Source: Ramazzottius varieornatus (Eukaryota > Animalia > Tardigrada). From it: a DNA stretch of 64,000 nt. Each line of letters starts with the position of its first letter. Within the stretch, counting starts at the first letter, position 1. The stretch spans positions 1,046,973 to 1,110,972 of the forward strand of contig BDGG01000012.1 of assembly GCA_001949185.1 (NCBI GenBank), read 5' to 3'. The notes under the pieces are model-generated. The model saw nothing but the letters and a program-made list of their open reading frames with translations. It had not been told where the DNA came from and ran no database searches. Below, one piece after another: positions 51,101 through 63,564 of the stretch. The translations under genes and the position numbers were made by a program.

Positions 51101-54040
51101 CCCATTCAAAGAGGAAGAGATTGCCCATGACGGTAACCACGGCCAGGCGGTTGCTTCCCTCGATGGCCGACTTGATTTCATCCTTTTCTGTGACAAACAA
51201 CCTCCGCATCAGATGAAAGGTCTGACAGTTTTGTATTCATCTAGCCTAATAATTTCAAATCAATAACCTGATTACCCACGTCTTTTATGGCTTACCGCTT
51301 AATGGTAGCTCTTTCACTTCCGCGCCGGTTGGTCTGGCTAACTTGATATGGTACCGCGTGACTTGAACCGCCAGTTTACCATCGTCCATCAGGCAGCAGA
51401 AGATGGTCTGCTCATCAACGCGGAAAGGGTGGTCGATATCTTCGGTGATTTCATCGCCACTCTGGAAGACTGCCGTACGACTCGCGGTAGTCACCACCAC
51501 GTACTCGTGGAACCCCGCGCTGGCGCTTCGCAATGTCCAAATGTCTTCGGCACCAGGTAGATCGAAAGAAGCGACGACGACCGGACGAATTTGCCGATGG
51601 AGTACACTGACAAACGACTACAAAGCAAGAAGAGCAATTGACAGAGATCTTCACGAAATGTAGCAATGATAAGGAATGAAAGACGAATAATAGTTCACAC
51701 CCCTCATGCACCTGCATACAATACGACCTGAATACAATGTGGTACATCGGTACGCCGGGACTTGAAATATGTATACTTTCGGTTTCCTGATCTGTCTAAT
51801 ATCAAAATTTTTCCAATTTTATACTTCTTTTATACGAAAATTTGATGACGATCTGTGAAGATAAGGTACCTCGCTGTCATAGCCTGAGCAGGTTACCAAA
51901 TCCGCGTCTTTATCCGGTATCCTGGTGAAGTCTTCCAGGTTGTGCAGAGGTTCGCCGACGGTGGACGTTCGACAAGGACCAATGTTCAGCAATGCATCAC
52001 ACGGTGCAAAGCGGAGCTTCTTCAAGGTCGTGACGACGCTGGTGTTAGCATTCGGACCGTAGATCTCATCGTCATCCACCACTTCCATGGCTATCCTCCG
52101 CTGCTGTCCCGGCTCCTTCTTCACTCCATCTGAATTCTCTTCGTCGTTATTTTCACCTGAAGTTTCCTCAGCTTCGATCCATGCGCTGCTGTTGTACACA
52201 TACAAGACGGAATCGGACATCTTTCCTCCAAAAAACACGTACCCACCTGCAACCAGAAGACTTACTGTATTATTCAACAGAAATTCCCCTTCTCTGGGAA
52301 TAATAAAACTGCCTTATGACAGAAAATACAAAAGCTGATCTTCTGGAAAAACAAAGCTTGAGAATTAAAGATTTCAGTCTCTTATTACCTTCCAAAGGAG
52401 TGATGCAGGAAGCATATCGGCCATTCAGCACTTGCTGGAAATGGAAGTCCTTGATGGACCTCAGAACGCTATCATACACTAATGTGATGACATAAACATT
52501 CCCGTTCATCAGTGCCAGCAGACATCGTTCGGTCTCGAAGAACGAGCATCTTGACCCATCCAACGTTGCCACCACATTCTGAACAGGCTTCAAAGCGAAC
52601 CGGACAACTCCTACCGCCGCACTGTTCAACGATATCCCATGCGGTGGATTACCTTGGACCACATGAATGATGGAGCTGGTGGAGAAGACCAGCAGCCCAC
52701 CAATGGGTCGCGGAACGTTCCTCAGATACATGCAGTCGTACGGCAAACCCATCATACTCCAGATGAGATGGTATGACTTCTCCCGCGTGTTGATGGAGAT
52801 CGCCGCCACGAGGCACGACTCACTGCTAACTGCGGCTCGACCAGCGTACGAGAAACTTTTGTGACAGAGAACTGCGACAGTAGGCTCCAAATAACCTGTA
52901 ACACCAAACTAGCTACTTTGGTCTGATGAGCTTTCTATGGGGCGTGGACCAATGACTTAAAGCAGATCGTTTTCCCATGCGGCGCACGATGCCAGCCAAG
53001 AGCAATTGAAATGTGCGCCACTTGAAGTAACGATCTGGCTCGGTTCATTTAGCTATGTCCCATATATACTTAGGTGGTGGGAAGCTTTGCCTTACCGGAC
53101 AACATCTGGAAGTCTTGGATGAACTCGACAGGTTCGTCTTTGAGGGGCTTCAAGCTCAGCGCGAACGACTTATACTGAGTGATGGGTTTCGGTCCCGTCA
53201 AGGCGTTGTCTGATCTCGTCGGAGCTTGCGTAAAAGGGACCACCATCAACTGTGTTCTGTACAGTCGCATGATGGCACATCGACCATCAGGATCGACACG
53301 GACTAGTGGCTCTGCTTGGCCGAGGTTCGTCGGCATCTCGTCGCTGTACTTTGCCGCTTCGTAGTCGTGAAGGGAGATGGAGCGAAGATCGTTGACTGTA
53401 GGGTCGTACTGGACGCAAGACAACTTGGCGTCAGCGAACGTTAAGAGGAGAAGGTCGCGGTTGGAATTCGCTAGAGTCGAAGCTTTCAGGTCCGTGATGG
53501 TTCCGAATAGCTCGAAAGAAGCAACGCACTCTAGACGGACGTTCTCCGGGGGGAAAAGGAAGGAAGGCTGTTCCGCTGGTTTCTCCTGACTAACGGCATC
53601 CGTAACCTGAAGGGAAAACACTCAAATGATCACTATTCTTCGCAATGTACTCTGCTGTAAAAATAGCTATTGGCTCTAACTTGGTCTGGTTGCTGTCGAG
53701 CAGGAGCTGGAGTCGGTATCGTTGGAGCGTACAAGTCTTCGTCGTCGTAGTCGTCAACCGGCATAACTGGAGAAGTTGTCAGCTTACTGACTTCCGGTAC
53801 ATGTTCGTCCATTGGTTGTGGAGACGCTGCTCTCTGTACTCGTACTGTTTCCGTGATGGCAGGGTCGTCATACCCCACGGGGAAACCCGGCTGGATCGCC
53901 ACATTGAGACGGTAAACTTGGACGAAGTTCAGACCAGCAACCACAAGGGACTTTTCGCGCTTGTTGAAGAAGTTGCAGTAGACAGAGTGGTGGATCGCGG
54001 ATGGTGGTAGGAGAAATTTTATAGCTCCACAAGCCATCAT
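48178..54040 (-). CDS. CPSF1: Cleavage and polyadenylation specificity factor subunit 1 (CPSF160)
   Basis: LTFADAKLSCVQYDP..DLRSISLH, VRVDPDGRCA, EPTVAVL, VPRPIGGLLV, LNIGP, HPM.VDG.I..F..F.N.NC..GFIY, GT...GEDV..RGRI, EQKGPV and HRAGL.PR. About 10 exons. Confidence 0.95.
48603..48727. mobile_element. Family-1 hairpin element, copy G (CPSF1 intron)
   Basis: aagtggcgcgc(48641)-N25-gggcgccactc, with loop gccaataacaatgaa. Confidence 0.72.
49288..49407. mobile_element. Family-1 hairpin element, copy H (CPSF1 intron)
   Basis: aagtggcgcac(49325)-N25-atgcgccactc, with arms caaactcgac...gtcgagtttg. Confidence 0.75.
51709..51736 (+). repeat. Partial family-2 cores (cacctgcataca, acctgaataca) in a CPSF1 intron
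   Basis: Two direct copies of the family-2 core; no clear inverted partner. Confidence 0.4.
52939..53061. mobile_element. Family-1 hairpin element, copy I (CPSF1 intron)
   Basis: cagatcgttttcccatgcggcgcac-N25-gtgcgccacttgaagtaacgatctg, with termini tatggg...cccata. Confidence 0.75.
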
Positions 54041-54908
54041 CTATAATGCAAAGAAAGAAGGATAAGGCTCGTCTACTAAACTCAACCTGCCGAGAATATA
54101 ACGCGCAGCGAAATGAGCGTATTACACATATAAACCCCGGAAGTCAGAAAGGTACTTACAAGTAATATATAGATGTTATGTTCCCAATTATCCGAGAAAC
54201 AGTATTCGCTCAGTGATGATATCCGTTCCCAAACTTCCAAATCTTCACTTTTCAGATACTCGTACTGCAATTCAGATGCGATCGAGAAGAATTTCTCAGC
54301 TAAATACAGGTGTACTCAACCTCAAAGCATCGAGCATGGCATACACTAGATCTGACATATGGCAGATGCTACACCGATCCGTCATACCGACCGGTGCCTT
54401 CCCTATTCTACGTTTGAATTTCCATTTTGCCGTCTTTCCGCCTGGCCCCATAATTTTTACTGCCCCATAATTCCCCGTCGCGTGTACGGTAGATAATAAT
54501 AAGGACTGCGTATTATAACTGTATACTCAATCTGCGAACAGCGTCGCACGCCTAGGCACTGCGTGTGCGACGTTTCATGTACTTGCAGCCACCTACAGTC
54601 TCAAGGATATCCTGTCAAAGTTACCCTTACCGAAACTTCTGACGGACCATTGGGTGACAGAAGATCCAAAAGTTTCGGACAGCTAGATTCCGGATATCCC
54701 TCGGACCTTCCGGTGGCCGGTGCTCGGAGTCAAAATGCGGTCTCTGTCCGTTGCTCCAAGTACGGTTGTAAATCAGAAACAACGGGTCTTTCGAGACCAG
54801 CAGAAATTTCGTCAGAATCAGGACGGATAAACTTCATCTACGAATCCCTACTTCGAGAAAAGATGTCAGCGGGAAAACTAATCGAACGTTAATTCCAATT
54901 TCCAAATC

Positions 54909-54945
54909 TCACAAAATTCGCAAAATTCACAAAATTCACGAATTC
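54909..54945. repeat. 9-bp tandem repeat (CACAAAATT-like) x~4
   Basis: tcacaaaattcgcaaaattcacaaaattcacgaattc, between the divergent CPSF1 and CHTF18 starts. Confidence 0.6.
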
Positions 54946-55338
54946 TTATTTCCCACACGAGAACTACGTACAGCGGTAGAAACTTCTTTACATTCAAATG
55001 CTTTGGTCAATCAACCCAGCTCTTGATGCTCGGAAACACTGTGATGTCATTTGTGTGATGTCACACTGTGATGAGATAACGTCATGTCATATAACAAACC
55101 ATTGTTTTAAACTTTTGATTTTCCCGCAAAATTTAACTCCAAGTTTCTCCTACAGTCTCCATCGTTCTCCCGTTTTAGAGCTGCATTCTGGACTTCTATG
55201 CCCACCATTCGGGAAGGAAAATCTGACGAGTGGATATATGGGACGGGAATGTCGTAGGCTGGGTTAATCAGCGATTCAACACCTTCGCATTGGGAGAATA
55301 GAAGGCAGACGTCAGCTGTTCGGTTGATCCTCCTGAAG

Positions 55339-58300
55339 ATGCAGTCAGCACTGGAAGACATCTCTGTAGAAGATCTTGTCTATAACGACGACGATGACTT
55401 CACTTCTCGACTTTCCAAGAAGAGGAAGAAGTTCCACGATCCGAAGGATATCGCTTCGAATTCCCGACTCTCCCTCGCTGCCTTCTTGGAGAACAACGAT
55501 TCTGATTTCCCTCTGAGAATCGCACCTCCACGCACCATCCCTAAAGCTTCGTTTACTGTAAGCAGTTCAGACGTCCTGAAAGACCCTCTTGCTTACGCCC
55601 ATGTCCCTAAACCAACAGACGACCGTCCAGAGGATGACGACTTGGAGATAACGGAGTTCAATCAGCCTACGCAGTCAGCAGGTGTTCCTTAATTCCCATT
55701 CTGTTACACCGAAACATGGTAATGGTATTAACCGTTTTTATCTTCCTGACAGAGAAACGAGTCGACAAGCCGCCCAGCCATGAAAGACTGCCAGATTTCC
55801 CGGAAGACGTGCGGAACGATTTTCCAGATATGTCGATCCGAGAAAGAACGTCTCCGCTTTTTCGTAAAGGTATCCCTTCACCGCTGCCCGAAATCCCAGC
55901 TCCGCCGACTCCAGCCACCATTCCGGTTAGGTCTTTTACGGAAGATGTGCCGAATATAAGGCGAGAGAATTTGACCAATACTTTCAACGAGATAGAACGC
56001 ATACAAGTTTTTCGTCGTCAGCCCAAAAGTGATCACATCTCGGTCGACTCCGATGGACAAAAACTGTACCTACGTTTCAAGAAGAAAAATTGGCAGAAGC
56101 TGGAGCACGCTAGTTTTGCTGATGCCAATGTTCGGCACACATCTTCCCAAGCTTCTTTCCATGCATTTCGTATCCTTCTGGACGATGTGAGGAACCAGAT
56201 GGACGTTGATCGACAGATTCCCAAGGACTATACGCCTACCCTACCAGTGAATACCGCGTTCGAAGCCAGAGACGTCTGGGTGGAGAAGTACCGTCCTAAT
56301 CGATACCTGGAGCTTTTGAGTGACGAAGGTAATCACTTTTGCGTAATGAGACTTCTTCGTTCTAAATTTGTCTCATTTTAGGTGTAAATCGGGCGCTTCT
56401 GCATTGGCTCAAGCTTTGGGATCCTGTCGTCTTCAATAGAGAGCCAAGCTTCATGAACCCCTATAATAACTTTGGCAAGCGGAAAAAGAAGGACGACAAG
56501 CCGCAGTTCGACCGGAGAAAATATGGTGGAGTCTCTGACATTTTCTTCACGGTGGATGCGGACAAGAGGCCGAAGTTCAAAGCAGCTCTGCTATGTGGTC
56601 CTCCTGGCCTGGGTAAAACTACCTTGGCTCAAGTTATAGCTCGACATGCTGGGTATGAACCCATGGAAATGAACGCGAGTGACGACCGAACCATCGAAAT
56701 CTTCCGAAACCGCGTTGAGTCTTCGGTTATGAATGGCAACGTCGTTTCCATGCTTCAAGATGGTAAGGATCCAAATTTCGGCTCATTTCGAGTCTCGCTC
56801 TTATGAGCAGCCCAGCAAAACGAAAATATCGGTCCTTCAAGCACCTGCTTACTTCATAACACGCACATGCTATGGCTCTGGGGTATGTAGGTGCTTGTTG
56901 ATTTTGAGGCCTTCTCTCCGGACTTCTCATTCATCTGAGAAAAAGCTTCTTCCTTATTTAACCTTTCTTTTTTCAGGGAAAGTTAACCGCCCGAAGTGTC
57001 TGATCATCGACGAGATCGATGGGGCTCCGGCGAACACAGTAGAGTACCTCGTGAAGCTTCTGAAAGGCGAAGCAAGGACCAACCCAGCCAAGAAAAAGAC
57101 CAAGACAAAACTGGGTCTTTGGAGGCCGATCATTTGCATCTGTAACGACATGTACGTTCCAGCCTTGAAATCACTACGGCAATCCACGATGGTTCTGCGC
57201 TTTCCGTCTATCGATCGTTCCCGGCTAGTATCGAGGTTGTCGGACATCTGTCGGGGTATGGAAGTACAGGCTGATTCCTCGGTTCTCACCACGCTCTGCG
57301 AGAAGTCCGAAGACGATATTCGGACTTGTCTAAATAGCCTCCAGTTCGCTTCTGTACAAGGAAAGCGTCTGAACATCCAGGAAATAAGCAAGGCGACTAT
57401 GGGATGCAAAGATAACCGGAAGCAACTGCTGAAAGTGTGGGAAACCATTTTTCGGTACGATAAGGAATTAAAACCGTATTATCAAAGTATTTTCGATATT
57501 CTACAGAACGAATCCGAAAAGAAAAACAATACAGTAATATCATTTGTGCTTTCTCTCTAGGCTTCCGCGACCAAAGCCAACCGAGTTTTCCAGCACTTCC
57601 GCCACTGATCGTATCGGCCACATACTTCAGACAGTCCAACTGGGCGAAACCGACAAAATCATGTCCGGAGTCTTTGAGAACTTTCTCATAGTCCACCACA
57701 AAGACTCATCCCTGCACACCGCCAGCGAGTGCGCAAACTGGCGAGCGTATACCGACGTGATGGAGCGGGGAATTTACGAAGACCAGAACTGGTCGCTGCT
57801 CAGCTACCTTCCGTTCTACGCCGTAGCCGTCCACCTTCACTTAGGCGCACTCTCCACACCCCTGTTCTCTTTCCCCACAACTCATTTCGAAGCATACAAA
57901 CGAACAAGCCAGAACAAGGAAACAATAGCGGCGCTACTGAAAGACCTAGCTCCCAGTCTGTATAGTTCAGTTAAGAGACAATTGCCCGAGACCGAACTTC
58001 TACCTTTCCTGGTTCACATCATCCAACCACCACTCAAATCCACTTCCTTACACTTGTCAAACCATGAACGAAGTGAGCTGAAAAGAGTCGTAGACTTGAT
58101 GGTCACTTATGGCCTCACATACCGAGAAGAACGCACTGTAACGTCCTTCCACCGTGAGCTGCTCGATCCACAACTCGAGTCGATCGCTTCGTTCCCGAAT
58201 GTCCAACAGTGCCCGGCCATGCAGACTGCCGTCCGCGCTATGGTGTCGCGAGAAGTGCAGTTACAGTTGATCAATGTTAACGCTCGTAAAGAAGATAGCT

Positions 58301-58551
58301 CAACGGAAGAACTTGCGGATATTGTTCAAGAACCCGTCACGAAGCCTGTGGTGAAGCCGAACGAACCACCAGGAGGGAAGAATACTTCGAAGCTGCAAGT
58401 TTGGTCAGTGTATGACTACTTCAGAGGGCAAAACCCATCGCAAACACCGAAGCCTGCGGCGGCGGACCAGCGGACCAAAATTTGGTTTCGTTATAAAGAG
58501 GGTTACAGTAATGCGGTCTGTCGAGACATCAAAGTGAAAGATCTGATGTGA
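55339..58551 (+). CDS. CHTF18: Chromosome transmission fidelity factor 18 (RFC-like clamp loader)
   Basis: WVEKYRP..YLELLSDE, LLHWLKLWDPVVF, Walker A GPPGLGKTT, EMNASDDR, CLIIDEIDG, RPIICICND.Y.PALK and C-terminal WFRYKEGYSNAVCR. Confidence 0.96.
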
Positions 58552-58794
58552 ATTTGTGGTATCTTTTTGCCAACGTTCATCGCATTTCAAAATGGTTTTG
58601 AGTTCATGTGTTCCTTCTACTCACACATACAGATAACGCGTTCTTGAATAAAAGAGACATTTCAGGGAATGGTTCTGTCCAGCAGCACGATCACACCAAG
58701 TAGACTCTTGAAATCAAGTCAAAATAAAACATGAAAAACAACAGTAAAATTAGACAGCGGTTATTTTCAAAGTTTGACACCATCTGAGACAGCG

Positions 58795-60210
58795 TCATTC
58801 GAACGATTTCGGAGCGAGATCAAGGTTCTGAGTGAAGATATTCACCTACGCAGTAAACGGTACAAAAGAAACGGTACAACATGCTATCTTCAGTAAAATC
58901 GTGTGAAAGTTATCCGTACCTTATCCAACAGCTGCTGACAGCTTTGCAGTGCAACGGTAAGTAGAACCATGACTTCAGTTAGCCAAGGTATCGACACTTC
59001 CGCCTGCAAAGGGGATGAATACACTGAGTGCGAGAGCCTCTTAGCACTAGAGTTCTGTTATTCTCACCTGGAAGCAGTCGAAGTTTTGAGCACTGGGCAG
59101 CACTTGATATAGTGCGAAGATCATCTTGTGTGCTTGAATGTAGAAGGATGCTGACATGTCGTTGGGAAGGGGAGGAACAAAGTGTCTCCGGTGCGCAGGG
59201 CTCTTCAGCTCCTCGAACGTTCTCTTCTTCGGTATGGTCAGTGTGGTTCTCGCCCGCATCAAGTGAGTCACCACGGGCTGCACGAGCTGGAAGGAATCAA
59301 TCGAAGTGTCAGACGGGGAAATCTTTGTTAGAACGAGCTGGCTGCGCTACTGTACCCGAGTGACTTCTTCGGCACTGCGATATTCATAACTGTCTTCCTT
59401 GACGGTGAGTTCCAGTAGCGCTTCAGAGACCGAGTTGAATGCATCTTGCAGCTGTTGCAGCAGATATGGTGCTTCCGGTGGTATACCAAAGCGAATCATC
59501 TGCGGTGGGTTCTTAAGTGACGAAATGCGGAACGTTACATCCTAAAAATTTGGCAGGATTAGTGAATCACTGAACCACACAGGTATTCCGAGACGTATTC
59601 AGCGAAACTATCACGCGGTACATACCGCTGCAGTCACGGAAGTGCCTGTTACAGTTGCAACACATTTCAGATAATCACCGCCACTACAGAGAACAAAATC
59701 ATTCACGATCTGTGTTCACTTGTTAGCTGGGAAAAACTTACTTGGCTGGGTTCATCATCAGCCGTTCTTCACGAACCGGGCGACCAATCTCTGAAACAGT
59801 TAAACAGACATTCTTTATGTATCGCCTACCTCAAAAGAAACGGAGTACAAACCGGAGATAGTGAACGGCAGCCTTCCCTTGCATTCCTACAAAGCACACG
59901 ACGAACCGAATATCGAATGGGGCACTCGTAATCTCGTACTTGTTGCAGTAATAACATGTATTTCACAGCATCCGTCTCCCCATGTCGTGTGACAAATCTT
60001 ACCTGCAGAATGTTCCTCAAATATTTCACACATGATGGTATCTCAGTCTGCAGGAACCAATGATACTCCCTCTCCTGAGAAGGTATACAGTGAAAATAAT
60101 TAGCGGACAGCTAGGTGCTGGCCGTGCTCAGCGGCGTGCTGCACTTGTCGCATTGATAGTGATGGCACGCTGACGCTTACCATGATTTCTATCTCGTTTA
60201 ATTCTTCCAT
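58795..60210 (-). CDS. ROGDI: Rogdi
   Basis: Eight short exons spliced by eye: EREYHWFLQTEI..LRNILQEC, LKCVATVTG, LQQLQDA, RARTTLTIPKKRT, FVPPLPNDMSASFYIQAHKMIFALYQ and IPWLTEVMVLLTVALQSCQQLLDKVNIF. The ORF track largely misses this gene. Confidence 0.88.
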
Positions 60211-61625
60211 CTCCCACTCACAAAGTGACAGCGGAGTACTCGTCCGGTGTTCTCAATCTTCTGGCTTCTCCTCGGCAAAGCAGCATGGAGTAATTAAGAC
60301 TGACATGCGAAAAGCTGCTGCATAATAATAAAATCAGAGTCTTTCTGATGAAATTAACCGGAGCAAAACTTTGCTCGTGCTTGAGCAGCTGCAGGACAGA
60401 ACAGGCTCTGGAATCAAGCGGATCCAATCAATCTTTTAGGTTTCAGAAATGCGATGACGTATGTTTTGACGTCGTCGCGTTCGGCTGATCAGGTTTACAC
60501 CCATGTGAGAAATTTTTGAAACTCTGCGGAAAAAGTTTCGTTGACATGCCTGCATGTACCTTTTGCCGCATGGAACGCGCTACTTTCTGGTTACCTTTCG
60601 ATATCTTCCGTTTCGACTGACCGAATGACTCAAACTACAAAGGCTGATCATCTTAATGAAAGGTGTCACCATTTGAACGCTATTTGGCAGCAAGGATGTC
60701 GAAGACAAGGCGTCGTGAATATGCACCACCGAAATTAACCGAGAATACTTCCTGGTTGACACGACAACACGGCTTTTTCCGCATATATGCAAACGCTTTT
60801 CACATGGGCTTACTCGAAAGCTTGATGTTGGGGTTACATAATAGTAACAAGCATGATGTGCTATCTGCTGGCTAGCACCCGCAACTCGGAGCCGAAAACA
60901 AGGCAGTTTTAGGTGTTCGTAGGGATGATAATGCCAGTTGATTTGCTGATTGATTCATACGGAAGTCACGTGGTCGTAAAGATCAAACAATTGATCTCCA
61001 TAAGGACGTTCAAAATATCGAAATCGGGTTAGTGCGAAATAACTTATGAATTTATGAACAAAAATGGAGGTGGACTGATAATTACGGGGCTCAGTGTAGG
61101 TACCTCGCAGAGCCACAGGCAGCTTCCGTCCCAGTTCCGCGGTTGAAGAGCTTCTTCCAGATGATCTCTTTTTGGCTCGACTCCACGTTATGATTAATGA
61201 CTTGAATACTCCTTGTAAGACATCTCATAAACATCGATACGTTCTCCAACATCGATTGACAGCGGGGAATCGCAACGCTGGTGGGCAATGGAACTGCAGC
61301 GCCCATTCAACCTGGAAGTAATCTAATCTGATCCCTTAACGGAAGTCCCAAATTTAGCGCAAATATGCATGCTTCGTTTCGAGTATCTTTTTCGGTCAGT
61401 AAAAGCACTAAGAATCTGACATTGTCTGTCTGGGTCTAGCAATAATTAAAAAAATGGTCACATGAATAACGTAAGTGTCAAGAAACCCGATCACGAACAG
61501 CAAATTATGAGAAATGCAAGTGCTATTTTGAATTGGACAACAATTCTCATCTTGGCGTCCACAGTGCAGTTCCACTCCATGGCTAGAATACTAGACAAGA
61601 AAAGCTAGCCTTCGGAATCGCTTCA

Positions 61626-63564
61626 TCAAGCTGCCCGTCGCCGCCGGCAAAGAATACTTCGGAATGCTCTTCGGAATCGAGAACTCTAAAAAAGTACTCG
61701 TACCGGTACTTCGATTAGCTATACATCATAATGGTATACTTTGGTACTGGTTTAGGTACTAGCTCTTACCATCAAATCATAGAGCAGCGGGTTAATACTG
61801 CTGTTGAGGAATATGCAGGTCCTTGCGAAGAGCACGTACCATATGTTAAGCCATGGAGTGGTGGCGAACCAGTTATACACCATAAGACCTCGATAAGGTA
61901 GCGAAAGGACGGCGAAGAGAAGGACCACCAATCCCAACATCTTGGCTACCTGTAACCAGCAAGGGAAAGTTGGTAGTACTTTGCTCGAAGGAAGTCTGCA
62001 AACAAACGAGCCAGACGGTGACGAACCTGCACATAGTGTCACGTGCACATAAAGAGGCCCATGCAAGTGTATGCAGATATGTGTGCCGTTTGAGGAGGTT
62101 TTGTCTGCCGATCTCTTACTTGGACTGACTTTTGTTTTTGTTAGCTGGAGAAGTCTCGGTCTCACCTGAATACGAGCCTGGATGATCTTGCGGAACCTGC
62201 TGTCGGAATCGTTATATTCATTTCTGCTGAAAAGGCGGTTCTGGTTGGAGTGACGGCGAAGTTCATAATTATCGTCACACGACGGACTGGATAAAACTTG
62301 ATCTTCTCTTTGTTGGAGAGACCTCGAGGGTCGCCGAATACTCCTGAAAACGACCATCGCCATTCTGACGTAGAGGTATAGGCAGATTAGTAGTGGAACG
62401 ACGTAGAAGAGAAGTAGGTCGGAAACGAAAACCATGGCGTATGCCAGAGGCTCCGTAAGAAAGCGGAAGTGACATCTCATTGCGTCCCTGTACTCTCCGG
62501 CGGGATCATGAAAGTTCAGCGGAGACGTTTGGGTGAGAAAGATCCAGGGACTACAGTATAATCCCACTCCAACCCATATCGAGATGATCACAAGACGCAC
62601 TTTGCTAATTTCCATTTGTGGGTCCTGGATGATCCGGGGTCGACAAAGCGCCAGATAGCGCTCCACACTGAACGCCAACATGCTGCGAATGTAGGAGAAT
62701 TAAAGAAGACCCTGAAGTTACGCTGCGTTGTGGTTCGCTGATTGAGCTAGTAATCTGTAACTGTCTGCAGGGCACTGGCCATCGATAATTACCTTGCGCT
62801 GCTCGCGTTGATTCCTGTAGGCAATAGCACATATTGATTGAACGAAACTATCGGATAAAAGGCTCACGGCTCTGGAGCAGGGACTGAATAACCGGGTCCT
62901 TACCAAAATATTGCAAATAAATAAGAGATGAGCATCCGATTTGCCCAAGGACCCAGACATGCGCCGGACGGAAGTACGATGAAATGGTGTCGGGAATTGA
63001 GGACAACAATACTAAGATATCCGCCGTAGCCAGTGACACCTGTAAGGATAGGGCACCAATTGGTAAGAACCCACTCAAGCCAGCTGCGAATAAGCGAGTT
63101 TCTCAAATCTAAATGATGAATCGTATTGAAAATTTTTTCCATCATAGAGGGAAAAGGTCAACAACTGGGAGATCGGCGGACGAAACGTACAAAATAACTC
63201 AAGTGACGCACGCTCCCAGCCTTACACTTTGGAACCGCGCGTCCCTGGAGTTCACCATCATGTACGTTCTGTTTGCCGACCTCCTAACCATACAACCTAC
63301 CAAGTGGTAGTTTACTGGAGTCCGCAGATATTTGTTCTTCACAACAGCAAGGATGATGAGGCAGTTTCCGAATAATCCGAGCACCAGTACAATAGAGTGA
63401 AGGACGGTCCCGGTGGCCTGGTAAGTCGGGCTGAAGTATTGGGGCACGGTGTTCTCACGACCCGTATCGTTTCTCGCTGTACGAAAAAGAGAGCTGTTTG
63501 CTCGAAGTGCCTGGCCGTCGGTCAGAGAATTTCCTGCTATACCAAAATAATGGGCTGCGGACAT
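61626..63564 (-). CDS. Rhodopsin-class GPCR, TRH-receptor-like
   Basis: GLFGN, [64 protein letters not shown], and [28 protein letters not shown]. Confidence 0.88.
61994..62078. repeat. Degenerate composite family-2 element in a GPCR intron
   Basis: gtctgcaaac (61994) and acctgcacat (62025), then inverted gtatgcagat (62069). The layout matches 3088-3169. Confidence 0.5.

Noticed and set aside
61091-61306. 71-aa minus-strand ORF downstream of the GPCR, preceded by an acceptor-like ttccag
   Set aside because: The GPCR frame already stops at 61626 and no homology was recognised; it could be 3' UTR.
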